This document shows positions 1 through 9,401 of a DNA stretch of 64,000 nt, piece by piece; within the stretch, counting starts at the first letter, position 1, and every line of letters starts with the position of its first letter. A program made the position numbers and the translations under genes. Origin of the DNA: Acidobacteriota bacterium (GTDB taxonomy: Bacteria > Acidobacteriota > UBA6911 > RPQK01 > JAJDTT01); the NCBI GenBank assembly GCA_965217775.1, contig CBDCJH010000002.1, positions 5,408,001-5,472,000 on the forward strand, in the 5' to 3' direction. Under the pieces are notes generated by a model. That model searched no databases. It was not told the DNA's origin and worked only from the letters and a program-made list of their open reading frames with translations.

Positions 1-633
1 AAAATGGACGGCCTCTCCGCTGGAGACGATTCCCCCCCACTGTGGGACCTCCTGACGCGCATCAGCCGTTATGCGGCGGCGCGGAAGGAAGTCTCCGATC
101 TGAATCAGGCACTCATGGAATTGGGTGCCCTGGTCTGCACGCCACGTTCGCCGAGTTGCGGGCGTTGTCCGCTGGAGGGGAGTTGTCTTGGATTACGGGC
201 CGGAGTGCAGGAGAAGCTTCCCCTTCCCCGCGCTCGCCGTGCTGTGCGGAGGCTGAGCTACGCGGTGGCAGTGGTCTGTCACCAGGACCGATTCCTTTTG
301 GCTCGGAACCGGGAAAGTGAATTCCTAAAGGGGATGTGGGAGTTTCCCCGGGTCCGGGTCAAGGACCGGGAACGGGACCTGAGCCCCGAAATGCTGGAAG
401 GGGCCTTCCAGCGCAAGCTCGGCTTGTCGCTTACCGTATACGGCTTACTGAAGCCGGTTCGTCATCAGATCACCTTTCGGCGTCTCACCTTTCATCCGAC
501 AGTGGCCACGCTCCGGACGGCCACCCCTCCATCCGGGCTGGTGTGGGCCGATCCCGGCGGTGAGCGTTCCCTTCCGATCCCCTCGTACGTGGCCAAGATT
601 GCACGACTCTACCGCCGGAATCACGACGGTTGA
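1..633 (+). CDS. mutY: A/G-specific adenine glycosylase, C-terminal part (5' end lies outside the window)
   Basis: NQALMELGALVCTPRSPSCGRCPLEGSC [4Fe-4S] motif, followed by a NUDIX-like C-terminus (GMWEFP, VRHQITF). Confidence 0.92.
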   Translation, partial: KMDGLSAGDDSPPLWDLLTRISRYAAARKEVSDLNQALMELGALVCTPRSPSCGRCPLEGSCLGLRAGVQEKLPLPRARRAVRRLSYAVAVVCHQDRFLLARNRESEFLKGMWEFPRVRVKDRERDLSPEMLEGAFQRKLGLSLTVYGLLKPVRHQITFRRLTFHPTVATLRTATPPSGLVWADPGGERSLPIPSYVAKIARLYRRNHDG

Positions 634-683
634 TCCCGATTTTGAAATCCGGGACCAGGAACTTCCACGGGCCTCTACCACCC

Positions 684-2837
684 TCAGTTCAGGCCGCGGC
701 GGACCAGCAACGACGCCGCGTCCGGGTCCCGGCCCCGGAAGGCCCGGTAGAGAGCCATCGCCTCCCGGCTACCTCCTTTCGACAGGATCATCCGGCGGAA
801 GCGATCTCCGTTCTCCCGTGTCAATCCGCCATTCTCCTTGAACCATTCGACGGTATCGGCGTCCAGCACCTCGCTCCAGATATACGAGTAATATCCCGCC
901 GAGTAGCCGCCGCTCCAGATGTGCGAAAAGTAGGTGCTGCGGTAACGCGGCGGCACCGCATCGAGCGCGACGCCGGCCTCAGCCAGCACGGCCTTCTCGA
1001 AATCGGTCACACCCTCGGCATCGGGCGATTCCCCGGCCGTCAACTGGTGCCACGCCTGGTCCAGCAGAGAGGCGGCCAGGTACTCGGTCGTGGCGAATCC
1101 CTGGTTGAATCTCTCGGCGGCCAACATCTTTTCCACCAGTTCCATGGGCATCGGCTCCCCGGTCTGGTGATGGACGGCGTAGTTCTTCACCACTTCCGGC
1201 CACGTGGCCCACATTTCGTTGATCTGCGACGGGAATTCGACGAAGTCGCGAGGCACGGAGGTTCCGGAGAAATAGGGGTAGCGCACTGAAGAGAATATGG
1301 CGTGGAGGGCGTGGCCGAACTCGTGAAACAGCGTCTCCACCTCATCGAAGGTCAGCAGTGTCGGCTCCCCGGCGGGAGGCTTCGGGACGTTCAAGTAGTT
1401 GGCGACCACCGGCCTGGTCCCCAGCAGCTTCGACTGGGATACGAACGAGCTCATCCAGGCGCCGCCCTGCTTGGAGGGACGGGCATGGAGGTCGACCAGA
1501 AACAGAGCCAACGGCTGAGCCCCGGCGTCAAGCACGTCGAACACCCTCACCTCCGGGTGATGTGTGGGGAGATCGGTTCTCTCCCGAAGGCTCATCCCGT
1601 AAAGTCGGTTCGCCGCGTAGAAAACGCCCTTTTGCAAGACGTTGTCGAGCTCGAAGTAGGGTCGAAGCTGAGCTGCGTCAAAGGCGTATCGTTCCCTGCG
1701 CACCTTCTCCGCGTAATAGGCCCAATCCCATGCGGCCAGCGGATGGCTTTCGCCGTCGCCGTCGATCATGGCCTGCAACTCCCGAGCCTCCCGCGAAGCA
1801 TTGGCAGCCGCTGCCGCCGCCAGTTTGGAGAGGAACCGGTTGACCGCCTCGACGGTCTTCGCCGTCTGCCGTTCCAGGCTGTAAGCGGCATGGTTGGGAT
1901 AGCCGAGGAGCAGCGCCCGTTCCGCCCGAAGCTTGGCGGAGCGGGCCACGATGCCTCGATTGTCGAACTGGCCGCCCCGTCTGCCGCGGGCCTGAGACGC
2001 CTCCATGATCCGTTTCCGCATCGCGCGATCCCGTATCCACGTCAATGGCGGCTGACCACTGGTGTTCCGGAGCGCAACCAGGAACTTCCCCTTCAGGTCT
2101 CGGGCCGCCGCCGCGGCCGACGCCGCTTCGATTTCGTTCTCCGACAGTCCGTCCAGTTGCCCGCGGGAGGCGACGACAACGGCCGACGCGTTGACCTCGG
2201 AAAGCAGGTTCTGGCTGAAACGTGTCTGCAGGCTGGCCAACTCCACGTTGATCTCCTGGAGTCGAGCCTTGTGGGCGTCCGAGAGCCGCGCTCCCGCTCG
2301 CACGAAATCGATGTAGTACTCCTTGATCAGCCGCCGCGACTCGTCATCGATATCCAGCGTCCGCCGCCGGCCGTACAAGTCCCGGACCCGCTCGAAGAGC
2401 TTGAGGTTCAGCAATATGCGGTCTCTGTGGGCGGAAAGCTTCGGAGCCATCTCGCTCCGGATCTCCTCCAGCTTGTCGTTGGTGTGGGCGGCAACCAGAT
2501 TGAAGAAGACACTTCTGACCCGTCTGAGCATCCGGCCGGAACGCTCGAGCGCAACCAAAGTGTTTTCGAAGGTGGGAGGCTCCGCCTGGTTGGCGATGGC
2601 AATCACCTGGTCCAGGTGCCGGGCCATTCCCTGCTCGAAGGCGGGCCGGTAGTCTTCCTCGTCGATCCGATCGAACTGTGGATATTCGAAGGGGTATGGA
2701 CTCTCGCTGAGGAACGGGTTCTCATCCATGGTAATCGTAGTCTCATCCTTGGTCATTTCGGTCTCCGAAAGCGAGCACGAGGTGAGCAGCACCACCAGCG
2801 CCGCGGCAATTCCAACCTGGGATCTTCCCAGCCCCAT
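684..2837 (-). CDS. dcp: M3-family peptidyl-dipeptidase Dcp, probable lipoprotein
   Basis: 717 aa; FHEFGHALH zinc motif, PRDFVEFPSQ, GYSAGYYSYIWSEVLDAD; N-terminal LLTSC lipobox. Confidence 0.92.
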   Translation of the reverse strand: MGLGRSQVGIAAALVVLLTSCSLSETEMTKDETTITMDENPFLSESPYPFEYPQFDRIDEEDYRPAFEQGMARHLDQVIAIANQAEPPTFENTLVALERSGRMLRRVRSVFFNLVAAHTNDKLEEIRSEMAPKLSAHRDRILLNLKLFERVRDLYGRRRTLDIDDESRRLIKEYYIDFVRAGARLSDAHKARLQEINVELASLQTRFSQNLLSEVNASAVVVASRGQLDGLSENEIEAASAAAAARDLKGKFLVALRNTSGQPPLTWIRDRAMRKRIMEASQARGRRGGQFDNRGIVARSAKLRAERALLLGYPNHAAYSLERQTAKTVEAVNRFLSKLAAAAAANASREARELQAMIDGDGESHPLAAWDWAYYAEKVRRERYAFDAAQLRPYFELDNVLQKGVFYAANRLYGMSLRERTDLPTHHPEVRVFDVLDAGAQPLALFLVDLHARPSKQGGAWMSSFVSQSKLLGTRPVVANYLNVPKPPAGEPTLLTFDEVETLFHEFGHALHAIFSSVRYPYFSGTSVPRDFVEFPSQINEMWATWPEVVKNYAVHHQTGEPMPMELVEKMLAAERFNQGFATTEYLAASLLDQAWHQLTAGESPDAEGVTDFEKAVLAEAGVALDAVPPRYRSTYFSHIWSGGYSAGYYSYIWSEVLDADTVEWFKENGGLTRENGDRFRRMILSKGGSREAMALYRAFRGRDPDAASLLVRRGLN

Positions 2838-2927
2838 CGCGGTAATGCTACCGCAGGGTTGATCCCGGCTACACCAGGGGAGGCCGGAGGCGGTTCCCGA
2901 AGATTGGTTGGATGCCAGGAGAGAAGC

Positions 2928-3001
2928 TTGACAACCACTGGATCAGGAACGGAATTACAGGAATTTCATTGATATCAGGATTGAATTACCTGTAATTTCG
3001 T
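2928..3001 (+). promoter_or_regulatory. TTGACA box plus long inverted repeat (operator-like) upstream of the ATPase remnant
   Basis: TTGACA at 2928-2933; ACGGAATTACAGGAATT (from 2949) pairs with AATTACCTGTAATTTCGT (2984-3001). Confidence 0.5.
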
Positions 3002-3006
3002 TTTCC

Positions 3007-3216
3007 ATGCGAACGAAAATACAGAGATTTCAGTGGCTCACCACCCGCCTGCCAACTGGGGACGAGCGCCGCCTGGTGGTTCTGGCCGGAGAGCGCCAAA
3101 CTGGAAAAACGACCCTGGACCGGAATTCCCGGACCCGGATGATTTTCAAGAGGCCGGCACGATGTCAGCAACCGGCTGGTAAAATGGTGCGGAAACACGA
3201 ATGTCGGCCCAAATGA
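3007..3216 (+). pseudogene. N-terminal remnant of an AAA+ ATPase (AAA_14/DUF4143-like)
   Basis: RRLVVLAGERQTGKTTL Walker A motif, after which similarity stops; ORF only 69 aa. Confidence 0.65.
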
Positions 3217-4199
3217 CCTTTCTTCGAGTCGGTGCACTATCGCGACCGTTCCTCTTTAGCGCGCTCTGCTCGGTCGGTTTGCTTCTGGTTTGTATTGCGC
3301 TCGAAGCCCAGCGCCGGGGTCCGCCCCGGCGGCTGGAGAACCCGGTTGACCTCACACTCCCCAACAAATCCCGAGTCGAGTTTCGAAGCTTTCGCTCCTC
3401 CGCCCTGGGGATGAACGCGAACTACAGCGTCCTGCTCCCGCCGAGCTACGACGAGCGATCGGACAGGAAGTATCCCATCGTCTACTTTCTGCATGGATTG
3501 AACAACGACCACACGAGTTGGGCGACCCCTCGCTACGGGGATCTTCCGGCCCGCATCGACCTCCTGATGAGCCAGGGGAAGCTACCCCATTTCGTCATGG
3601 TCCATCCCGACGGCCAGAACAGTCTCTACACCGATTCTCCCGACGGGACCGGGAACTACGAGACCTACATTCGCGGCGATCTGTTGCAGGAGATACAGGG
3701 GCGATACAGGATTCGAACCGATGCCGAGGGCCGCGCCATCGGAGGCGTCTCCATGGGAGCGTACGGGGCTCTCAAGATCGCCATGAAGCACTCCGGACTC
3801 TATGCCTCGGCCGCCGGCGTCTCTCCCATCGTTTTTCTGGGCGAGGACCCCTTCGAAGGCCTCCGTTCCAACCCGTCCCGCAGATCCACCTACTTCCTGC
3901 GTCTGGTGGAAAAGGCCTTCGGTGACCCGATGAACCAGGACTACTGGAAACGGAACAGCCTGGAAGAACTGGCCCGAAGCGCCTCCTTGACCGGCTTGAA
4001 TCTCTACTTCTCCTACGGCACCGCCGACCGCTACAACCGGCTCTTCCCCATGGAGCATGGTGTCAAATCGCTGGCGCGGATTTTGGAAGAGCGGGGGATC
4101 TCCCACCAGTGCATGATCTTCGAGGGAGAGCCGCACGGGTGGGAACTGGTAGCGGGCCATCTGGAGGAAACGCTTGCGTTCCTGACCCAGACGTTCTGA
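3201..4199 (+). CDS. secreted esterase (alpha/beta hydrolase, putative esterase family)
   Basis: YPIVYFLHG, GVSMG nucleophile elbow, C-terminal GEPHGW. Confidence 0.88.
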   Translation: MSAQMTFLRVGALSRPFLFSALCSVGLLLVCIALEAQRRGPPRRLENPVDLTLPNKSRVEFRSFRSSALGMNANYSVLLPPSYDERSDRKYPIVYFLHGLNNDHTSWATPRYGDLPARIDLLMSQGKLPHFVMVHPDGQNSLYTDSPDGTGNYETYIRGDLLQEIQGRYRIRTDAEGRAIGGVSMGAYGALKIAMKHSGLYASAAGVSPIVFLGEDPFEGLRSNPSRRSTYFLRLVEKAFGDPMNQDYWKRNSLEELARSASLTGLNLYFSYGTADRYNRLFPMEHGVKSLARILEERGISHQCMIFEGEPHGWELVAGHLEETLAFLTQTF

Positions 4200-4220
4200 G
4201 AAAATCGGGAAATTAGAAAC

Positions 4221-4246
4221 GTAGGGGCATCCCTTGTGGGTGCCCT
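4221..4246. repeat. REP-like palindrome (GTAG type)
   Basis: GTAGGGGCATCCCTTGTGGGTGCCCT hairpin between convergent genes; similar copy at 8324. Confidence 0.65.
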
Positions 4247-4307
4247 CTTTCGTCCCCACCTCAACTTCGCCCGACGCCGCGCGCAGGTAGAGCTTCCTGG
4301 TCGGCCG

Positions 4308-5351
4308 TCAGGACGGATCGCGGCCCAGCCGAAGCACCACCTTTCCGAACTGGCGTTGAGACTGCAGGTGCTCCAGGGCAGCGGAGGCATCTTCGAAGTC
4401 GAAGATCCGATCGATACAGGGGAGGAGTGTTCTCCGGCCCAAGAGACGTACGATCTCGGAAAACTCTTGCTGGTTTCCCATCGTGGAGCCGAGAATATCG
4501 ATCTGTTTCCAGAAGATGAGGCGGATCTCGGTGGCCGGATTGGGTCCGGTGGTGGCCCCGCAGGTCACGATCCTTCCCCCCTTTCGGACCATCTTGAGGC
4601 TCTGAAGCCAAGTCGAGGCGCCCGGGCCCTCCACCACCAGATCGACGCCACGCCGATTCGTTTTCCGGTAGACCTCCCTGGCCACGTCGCATTGGGTGTA
4701 GTCGTAGCAGAAATCGGCCCCCAGGCGGCGAGCCAGATCGAGCTTTTCCGGTGACGAGGAACTGACCCAGATCCGCGCCCCCGACAGCTTGGCGATGGCC
4801 AGGGCGGCGGTGGCGACGCCTCCCCCGATCCCGTGTATGAAAACGTCCTCCCCCGGTCTGAGCCGGCCCCGGGTGCAGACCATTCTCCAGGCGGTCAGAT
4901 TCACCAGCGAGAAAGCCGCCGCCTCCTCGAAGGTCACGCCATCGGGAATCCGGGCCAGATTGCGGGCGGGGGCCGAAAAAAATTCGGAATAGATCCCGGG
5001 CCCGTGCTCTCCCACCAGACCGTAGCGGACACAGAGGCTCTGTTCGCCGGCCTGGCAGAACTCGCATTCCGTACACCAGATCCCGGGATTGAGCATGACC
5101 CGGTCCCCGACTTGAAGCCCCTCCACCCCCGCGCCCAGGCGGCGGACCACTCCGGCGGCATCCGAGCCCAAGACGTGAGGCATTTGTTGCTTGATGCCCG
5201 GGATGCCCTCCACGACGAACAGGTCCAGATGGTTCAGGGCCGCGGCACGGGTCTCCACGAGCACCTCGCCTCCCCTGAGCCGGGGGGTGGGGATATCTTC
5301 AATGCGGACCTGGTCCAAAGTTCCATGTTGATGGATCAAGACGGCTTTCAT
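4308..5351 (-). CDS. zinc-binding medium-chain dehydrogenase / quinone oxidoreductase
   Basis: LNHLD, PHVLGSD, CTECEFC structural zinc site, GIGGGVA nucleotide-binding motif. Confidence 0.9.
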   Translation of the reverse strand: MKAVLIHQHGTLDQVRIEDIPTPRLRGGEVLVETRAAALNHLDLFVVEGIPGIKQQMPHVLGSDAAGVVRRLGAGVEGLQVGDRVMLNPGIWCTECEFCQAGEQSLCVRYGLVGEHGPGIYSEFFSAPARNLARIPDGVTFEEAAAFSLVNLTAWRMVCTRGRLRPGEDVFIHGIGGGVATAALAIAKLSGARIWVSSSSPEKLDLARRLGADFCYDYTQCDVAREVYRKTNRRGVDLVVEGPGASTWLQSLKMVRKGGRIVTCGATTGPNPATEIRLIFWKQIDILGSTMGNQQEFSEIVRLLGRRTLLPCIDRIFDFEDASAALEHLQSQRQFGKVVLRLGRDPS

Positions 5352-5372
5352 GAGATCGATTTCCTGCAGAGG

Positions 5373-6200
5373 TCAGGGGTGATAGTAAGGTTTTCGCAGC
5401 AGACGGGCCTTGGTCTCGTCGGCCGCCACCCTCCGCATCAATTCGGGAGACGCCTCGCAACCCGGCAAGTCCACCATGTAGGAGGGACCGTACTGATACA
5501 GCAGCCAGAGTTTCGATTCGGTCCGGGAACTCTTCATGCAGTGGGAAATGCTCTCGCTGAAGATCACGGCGGAGCCCGCAGCCAGTGGGAGATCCTTCAG
5601 GGCCGCAACGCTCTCGGGAGGACGCCGTCCGTAGGGGTGCGGGAAATTGCTCTTGTGACTGGAAGGAATAACGGAAAAGGCACCGTCTCCGCTCGCGGTG
5701 TCGTTGAGGGCAATGAGACACGAGACCAGCAGGCAGCGGAACTCGCCGTCGATGAAACAGCGGTAGCGGGTGTAGCGGCGGGGGTCGGCGAGGCCGCCCT
5801 GAGAGACATGTCCCAAGATTCCGGGTTTGCGAGCGATGGCCCGGGACGAGACCAGGCGAATCTGATCTCCCCAGATGAGCTGCTGCATGGCCTGGACCAG
5901 CCGCCCGTGGACGCACGCCTGTTCCAGCATCCCGCCGCACTCGACGACGTTGAGAAGCTCGGTCTCGGGGCCGTTGCGGCGGAGAGTCACATGTTCCAAA
6001 GGATTGACCTGACTTACCTGCAACTGGTGTGAGGCCTCGCGGACCTGCCCGGCGCTCAGGAAGTCCTCCAGGATCAGGTAGCCCGTGATGTCGAAACCGT
6101 ATCGCTCTTCGTCCGTCAGGTACTCGATCCCGGTCCCGGTCTGAAAGGGCCGGATGCTCTTCTCTTCTTCTCTCTGCTGGTAGAGCCTCTTTTCGACCAT
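5373..6200 (-). CDS. phytanoyl-CoA dioxygenase (PhyH) family protein
   Basis: FDITGYLILEDFL start, DGAFSVIPSSHK, AGSAVIFSESISH. Confidence 0.8.
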   Translation of the reverse strand: MVEKRLYQQREEEKSIRPFQTGTGIEYLTDEERYGFDITGYLILEDFLSAGQVREASHQLQVSQVNPLEHVTLRRNGPETELLNVVECGGMLEQACVHGRLVQAMQQLIWGDQIRLVSSRAIARKPGILGHVSQGGLADPRRYTRYRCFIDGEFRCLLVSCLIALNDTASGDGAFSVIPSSHKSNFPHPYGRRPPESVAALKDLPLAAGSAVIFSESISHCMKSSRTESKLWLLYQYGPSYMVDLPGCEASPELMRRVAADETKARLLRKPYYHP

Positions 6201-6214
6201 GAAGTCCCGTTCTG

Positions 6215-7126
6215 CTACCCGGATTCGGACGCGCGAAAGGGAGAAAGATTGAAGCCCGGCGCCGAATCGAAGGGCGGCGGTCCCTGCACCAGTTCCAGTT
6301 GCCGTGGCGTGGCCCGCTCCTCGAAACCGGTCGCGGTCTCGATCTGATCGTCCCAGGCCGCCTGGAACGAGGGTGCGTAGGAAGCGAAGATGGTGCGCCG
6401 GATCTTCCGGCTCCGATTCATGACGGCGCCGTGAGTCAGGTCCTCGGAGAAGATGACGGCGTCGCCCGCCCGGCAGGGACAGGTCTGAACCAGGGGATGG
6501 TTCTCATCGGGATTCTCCAGGTGGAGGGGACTCGCGTAGTTCCCCTTGTGACTTCCCGGAATCACGGTAAACGCCCCCTCGTGCACGTCCACGTCCGTCA
6601 GGGCGTAGCCCACCTTGACGCTCACGCATTCGAAACGGCTCCGGTTGTAGGCGAATTCGCTGTAGGAGAGGAGCTCCGAGTAACCGTGGTGAAAGACGGT
6701 GGCTCGGCCGGGGCAACGGGACAGGAGGTGCAGAGCGTCAAGCCGGATCGGGACCGAGATCATGGCCTCCATGTAGGGCAGCACCGCGGGCCAATCGATG
6801 AGTCGCTCGAAGACTCCCCCGGATTTGAGCAGGGTGCAGGAATAATCGCGGCACCCGGTAGAACCGTCCGGTTCGTCCGGGTAGTAGCTCCGGGTCAGCC
6901 CGCTGGCGCGGATCTCGTTGTCGGACAGGGCTTCCATCTGGTCCAGCTCCCCGTTCAACTCGTCCACGAGACTCGGTGGGAGAACTCCCCGCAAAATGAG
7001 GTAGCCATTCAGGTCAAAGAGATAGGTCTCTTCAGGGGTCATTCCGGCAATTCTCCAGTCTGGATCGGGAATAGGATTCTGGCCATGGTCACCGCTGGGG
7101 TGTCTCCAACGACCGGATTCTAACAC
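6215..7126 (-). CDS. phytanoyl-CoA dioxygenase (PhyH) family protein (start uncertain)
   Basis: YLFDLNGYLILRGVL, EGAFTVIPGSHK, AGDAVIFSEDLTHG, RRTIFASY. Confidence 0.85.
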   Translation of the reverse strand: MLESGRWRHPSGDHGQNPIPDPDWRIAGMTPEETYLFDLNGYLILRGVLPPSLVDELNGELDQMEALSDNEIRASGLTRSYYPDEPDGSTGCRDYSCTLLKSGGVFERLIDWPAVLPYMEAMISVPIRLDALHLLSRCPGRATVFHHGYSELLSYSEFAYNRSRFECVSVKVGYALTDVDVHEGAFTVIPGSHKGNYASPLHLENPDENHPLVQTCPCRAGDAVIFSEDLTHGAVMNRSRKIRRTIFASYAPSFQAAWDDQIETATGFEERATPRQLELVQGPPPFDSAPGFNLSPFRASESG

Positions 7127-7193
7127 TTCCTATCCTGCTAATTCCCAAGCTTCGATCGGGCCAGGTCAACGACCCGGTTAGAATGGGCGCGGC

Positions 7194-8309
7194 ATGGAGA
7201 ACTTGGCTCATTCCCTGGTGGGAGTGGCTCTGTCCCGGGCGGGGCTGGGTCGAAAGACTCCCTTTGGCACCGTCTCGCTCGTCGTGGCCGCAAACCTGCC
7301 GGATGCCGATATCGTCGTGAGCGGATGGGGGCCGCTCCACTATCTGCACCATCACCGGGGAGTGACCCATTCGGTCTTGGGTGTCCTGGTGCTGGCCCTC
7401 CTGTTCTCCCTGTTGCTCAAGTTCCTGGCCCGGTTCCGATCCGGAGACAAGGCATTTCCATTCGGTCCACTCGTTTTCAGCGTCACCCTGACCCTGGTCA
7501 GCCATCCCCTGCTGGACTGGACCAATTCCTATGGCATCCGTCCCTGGCTGCCGTTTTCCGGGAAGTGGTATTACGGCGATCTGGTCTACATCGTGGATCC
7601 CTACCTCTGGTTGATTCTGGGTGGCGCCGTATTCCTGACTGCCCAAAGAACACGTGTGACGCGCCCGGTTTGGATCGCGGTCGTGGTCTTCATCTCTTTT
7701 CTGGTGGCAGGGAATGCCGCGGCCCGCCCGGAGGGTCCGGTATTGGCGGTCGTTTTCTTTTCGGCCTTGGCGTTGATCTTGTTTCTCAAGCAACGGCGGG
7801 CGCTGTGGAGTGACTCGGCGAATCTCTGGGCCTTGGGCGGAGTCGCGGTCTATTGGGGCTTTCTGCTGATGTCTCGATCCGCAGCCTTGACGGGTGCGGC
7901 TCCTGAAATCGCTCGAGAGTATCCGCAGGTGCAAACGGAAGACCTCTCCGCATTGCCCCGTTTGGCCGATCCCTTGAGTTGGGAGATCCTGTGGCAGGAT
8001 CGGAGCCGGGTCCGTATCTGGAAAGCGTCCCTGGGCGGCGGCCGGATTGAGGGAAACCACGTCTATGAAAGGCACCTGGATCACGGTGCGGTCCAAGCGG
8101 CACTGGCCACTTGTCCCGGGCGGGTGATGGGGATTTTCGGCCGCTTCACCTTCTACCAGGTGAAACCGGAACCGGACCGAATCCTGGTTCTGGCACGAGA
8201 CGCTCGGTTCGCGCGTGTCCGGAGTTCCGGATTCGGTGTCGTCCCGATACCCCTGAGTCTCGACTTTTCGCGAAGCCTGAGCCTATTGCCCTGTCCGGGC
8301 CAAGATTGA
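7194..8309 (+). CDS. membrane-bound metal-dependent hydrolase (YdjM-like)
   Basis: MENLAHSL, NLPDAD, HRGVTHS, SHPLLDWTNSYG motifs and several transmembrane segments. Confidence 0.88.
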   Translation: MENLAHSLVGVALSRAGLGRKTPFGTVSLVVAANLPDADIVVSGWGPLHYLHHHRGVTHSVLGVLVLALLFSLLLKFLARFRSGDKAFPFGPLVFSVTLTLVSHPLLDWTNSYGIRPWLPFSGKWYYGDLVYIVDPYLWLILGGAVFLTAQRTRVTRPVWIAVVVFISFLVAGNAAARPEGPVLAVVFFSALALILFLKQRRALWSDSANLWALGGVAVYWGFLLMSRSAALTGAAPEIAREYPQVQTEDLSALPRLADPLSWEILWQDRSRVRIWKASLGGGRIEGNHVYERHLDHGAVQAALATCPGRVMGIFGRFTFYQVKPEPDRILVLARDARFARVRSSGFGVVPIPLSLDFSRSLSLLPCPGQD

Positions 8310-8323
8310 GGCGGATGATATCC

Positions 8324-8349
8324 GCAGGGGCGACCCTTGTGGTCGCCCT
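8324..8349. repeat. REP-like palindrome
   Basis: GCAGGGGCGACCCTTGTGGTCGCCCT between convergent genes; resembles the 4221 copy. Confidence 0.65.
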
Positions 8350-8384
8350 CTGTTCAGGTTACGCAGGCTGGAGCGCCGAACGAG

Positions 8385-9371
8385 TCAACGCGCCTTCTCT
8401 TCGCGCAGCTTCCTGGTGAGCGCCGGCACGATCTCGACGAGGTCACCGACGATGCCGTAGTTGGCAAGGTTGAAGATGGGAGCGTCGGGGTCGGTGTTGA
8501 TGGCGACGATGTTGGCCGAGTTCCTCATTCCCACCACGTGTTGAATGGCGCCGGAGATGCCGCAGGCTATGTACAGGCGGGGTGAGACCGATTGGCCGGA
8601 GCTGCCGATCTGGCGGTCCCGTTCCAGCCACTCGCTGTCGACGGCCGCCCGGCTGGCGCCCACCTCGGCTCCCAGCACCTCTGCCAGTTCCTCCAGGAGA
8701 CGCAGGTTTTCCTTGCGTTTGATGCCCCGGCCTGCGGCCACGATCATGTCCGCCTTGGTCAGGTCCACTTTCTCCTTCACGGCGCCGACGGTTTCCACGA
8801 CGGTGCGGCGATGGGCCAGTCCCGAAAGGTCGACGGTCCGTTCCACCACGGTGGCATCGCCTTCCAGCAGGTCGTTGCCGGCGCCGGCTCCCGACTGAAA
8901 CGTGGCGATCCAGGGATGCGGAGACCGGACCCGAACATCCGCATTGATTCGATTGCGAAACATCTGCCGGACGAAGATCATGCTCTCGCCGTCGATTCTG
9001 CAGTCGATGCAGTCCGTCACGAGTCCGCACTTCAGGGACGCGGCCAGCTTGGGGGCCAGGTCGATGTTCTGGTAGCTGTGACCCATCAGGAAGGCCAGGG
9101 GACGGTCCTGCGCCAGGACCTGGGTCAGGGCACGGCAGTGGGCGTCCGGGTCGTACCCATCGAGTCTCTGGTGAGGGACGACCAGCGCCGCGTCGACCCG
9201 CATCCGGGCCACCTGGTCCACTGGGAACCGGTTCGGTCCGCAGAGGAGCAGTGCTTTGACCCCTAGTCCGTGCGAGTGTCCGAGTTGCTGTGCCAGAGCC
9301 AGGGTTTCCCGGGAGAGGGTGTCCACCCGTCCACTGGAGTGGTCCAACAATACGTAGATCTCACCGGTCAT
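8385..9371 (-). CDS. etfA: electron transfer flavoprotein alpha subunit
   Basis: GASRAAVD, QIGSSG, YIACGISGAIQHVVGM, AINTDPDAPIF. Confidence 0.95.
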   Translation of the reverse strand: MTGEIYVLLDHSSGRVDTLSRETLALAQQLGHSHGLGVKALLLCGPNRFPVDQVARMRVDAALVVPHQRLDGYDPDAHCRALTQVLAQDRPLAFLMGHSYQNIDLAPKLAASLKCGLVTDCIDCRIDGESMIFVRQMFRNRINADVRVRSPHPWIATFQSGAGAGNDLLEGDATVVERTVDLSGLAHRRTVVETVGAVKEKVDLTKADMIVAAGRGIKRKENLRLLEELAEVLGAEVGASRAAVDSEWLERDRQIGSSGQSVSPRLYIACGISGAIQHVVGMRNSANIVAINTDPDAPIFNLANYGIVGDLVEIVPALTRKLREEKAR

Positions 9372-9401
9372 CGTTTCACCGTCGTATTCTGACCGCGCAC
9401 C

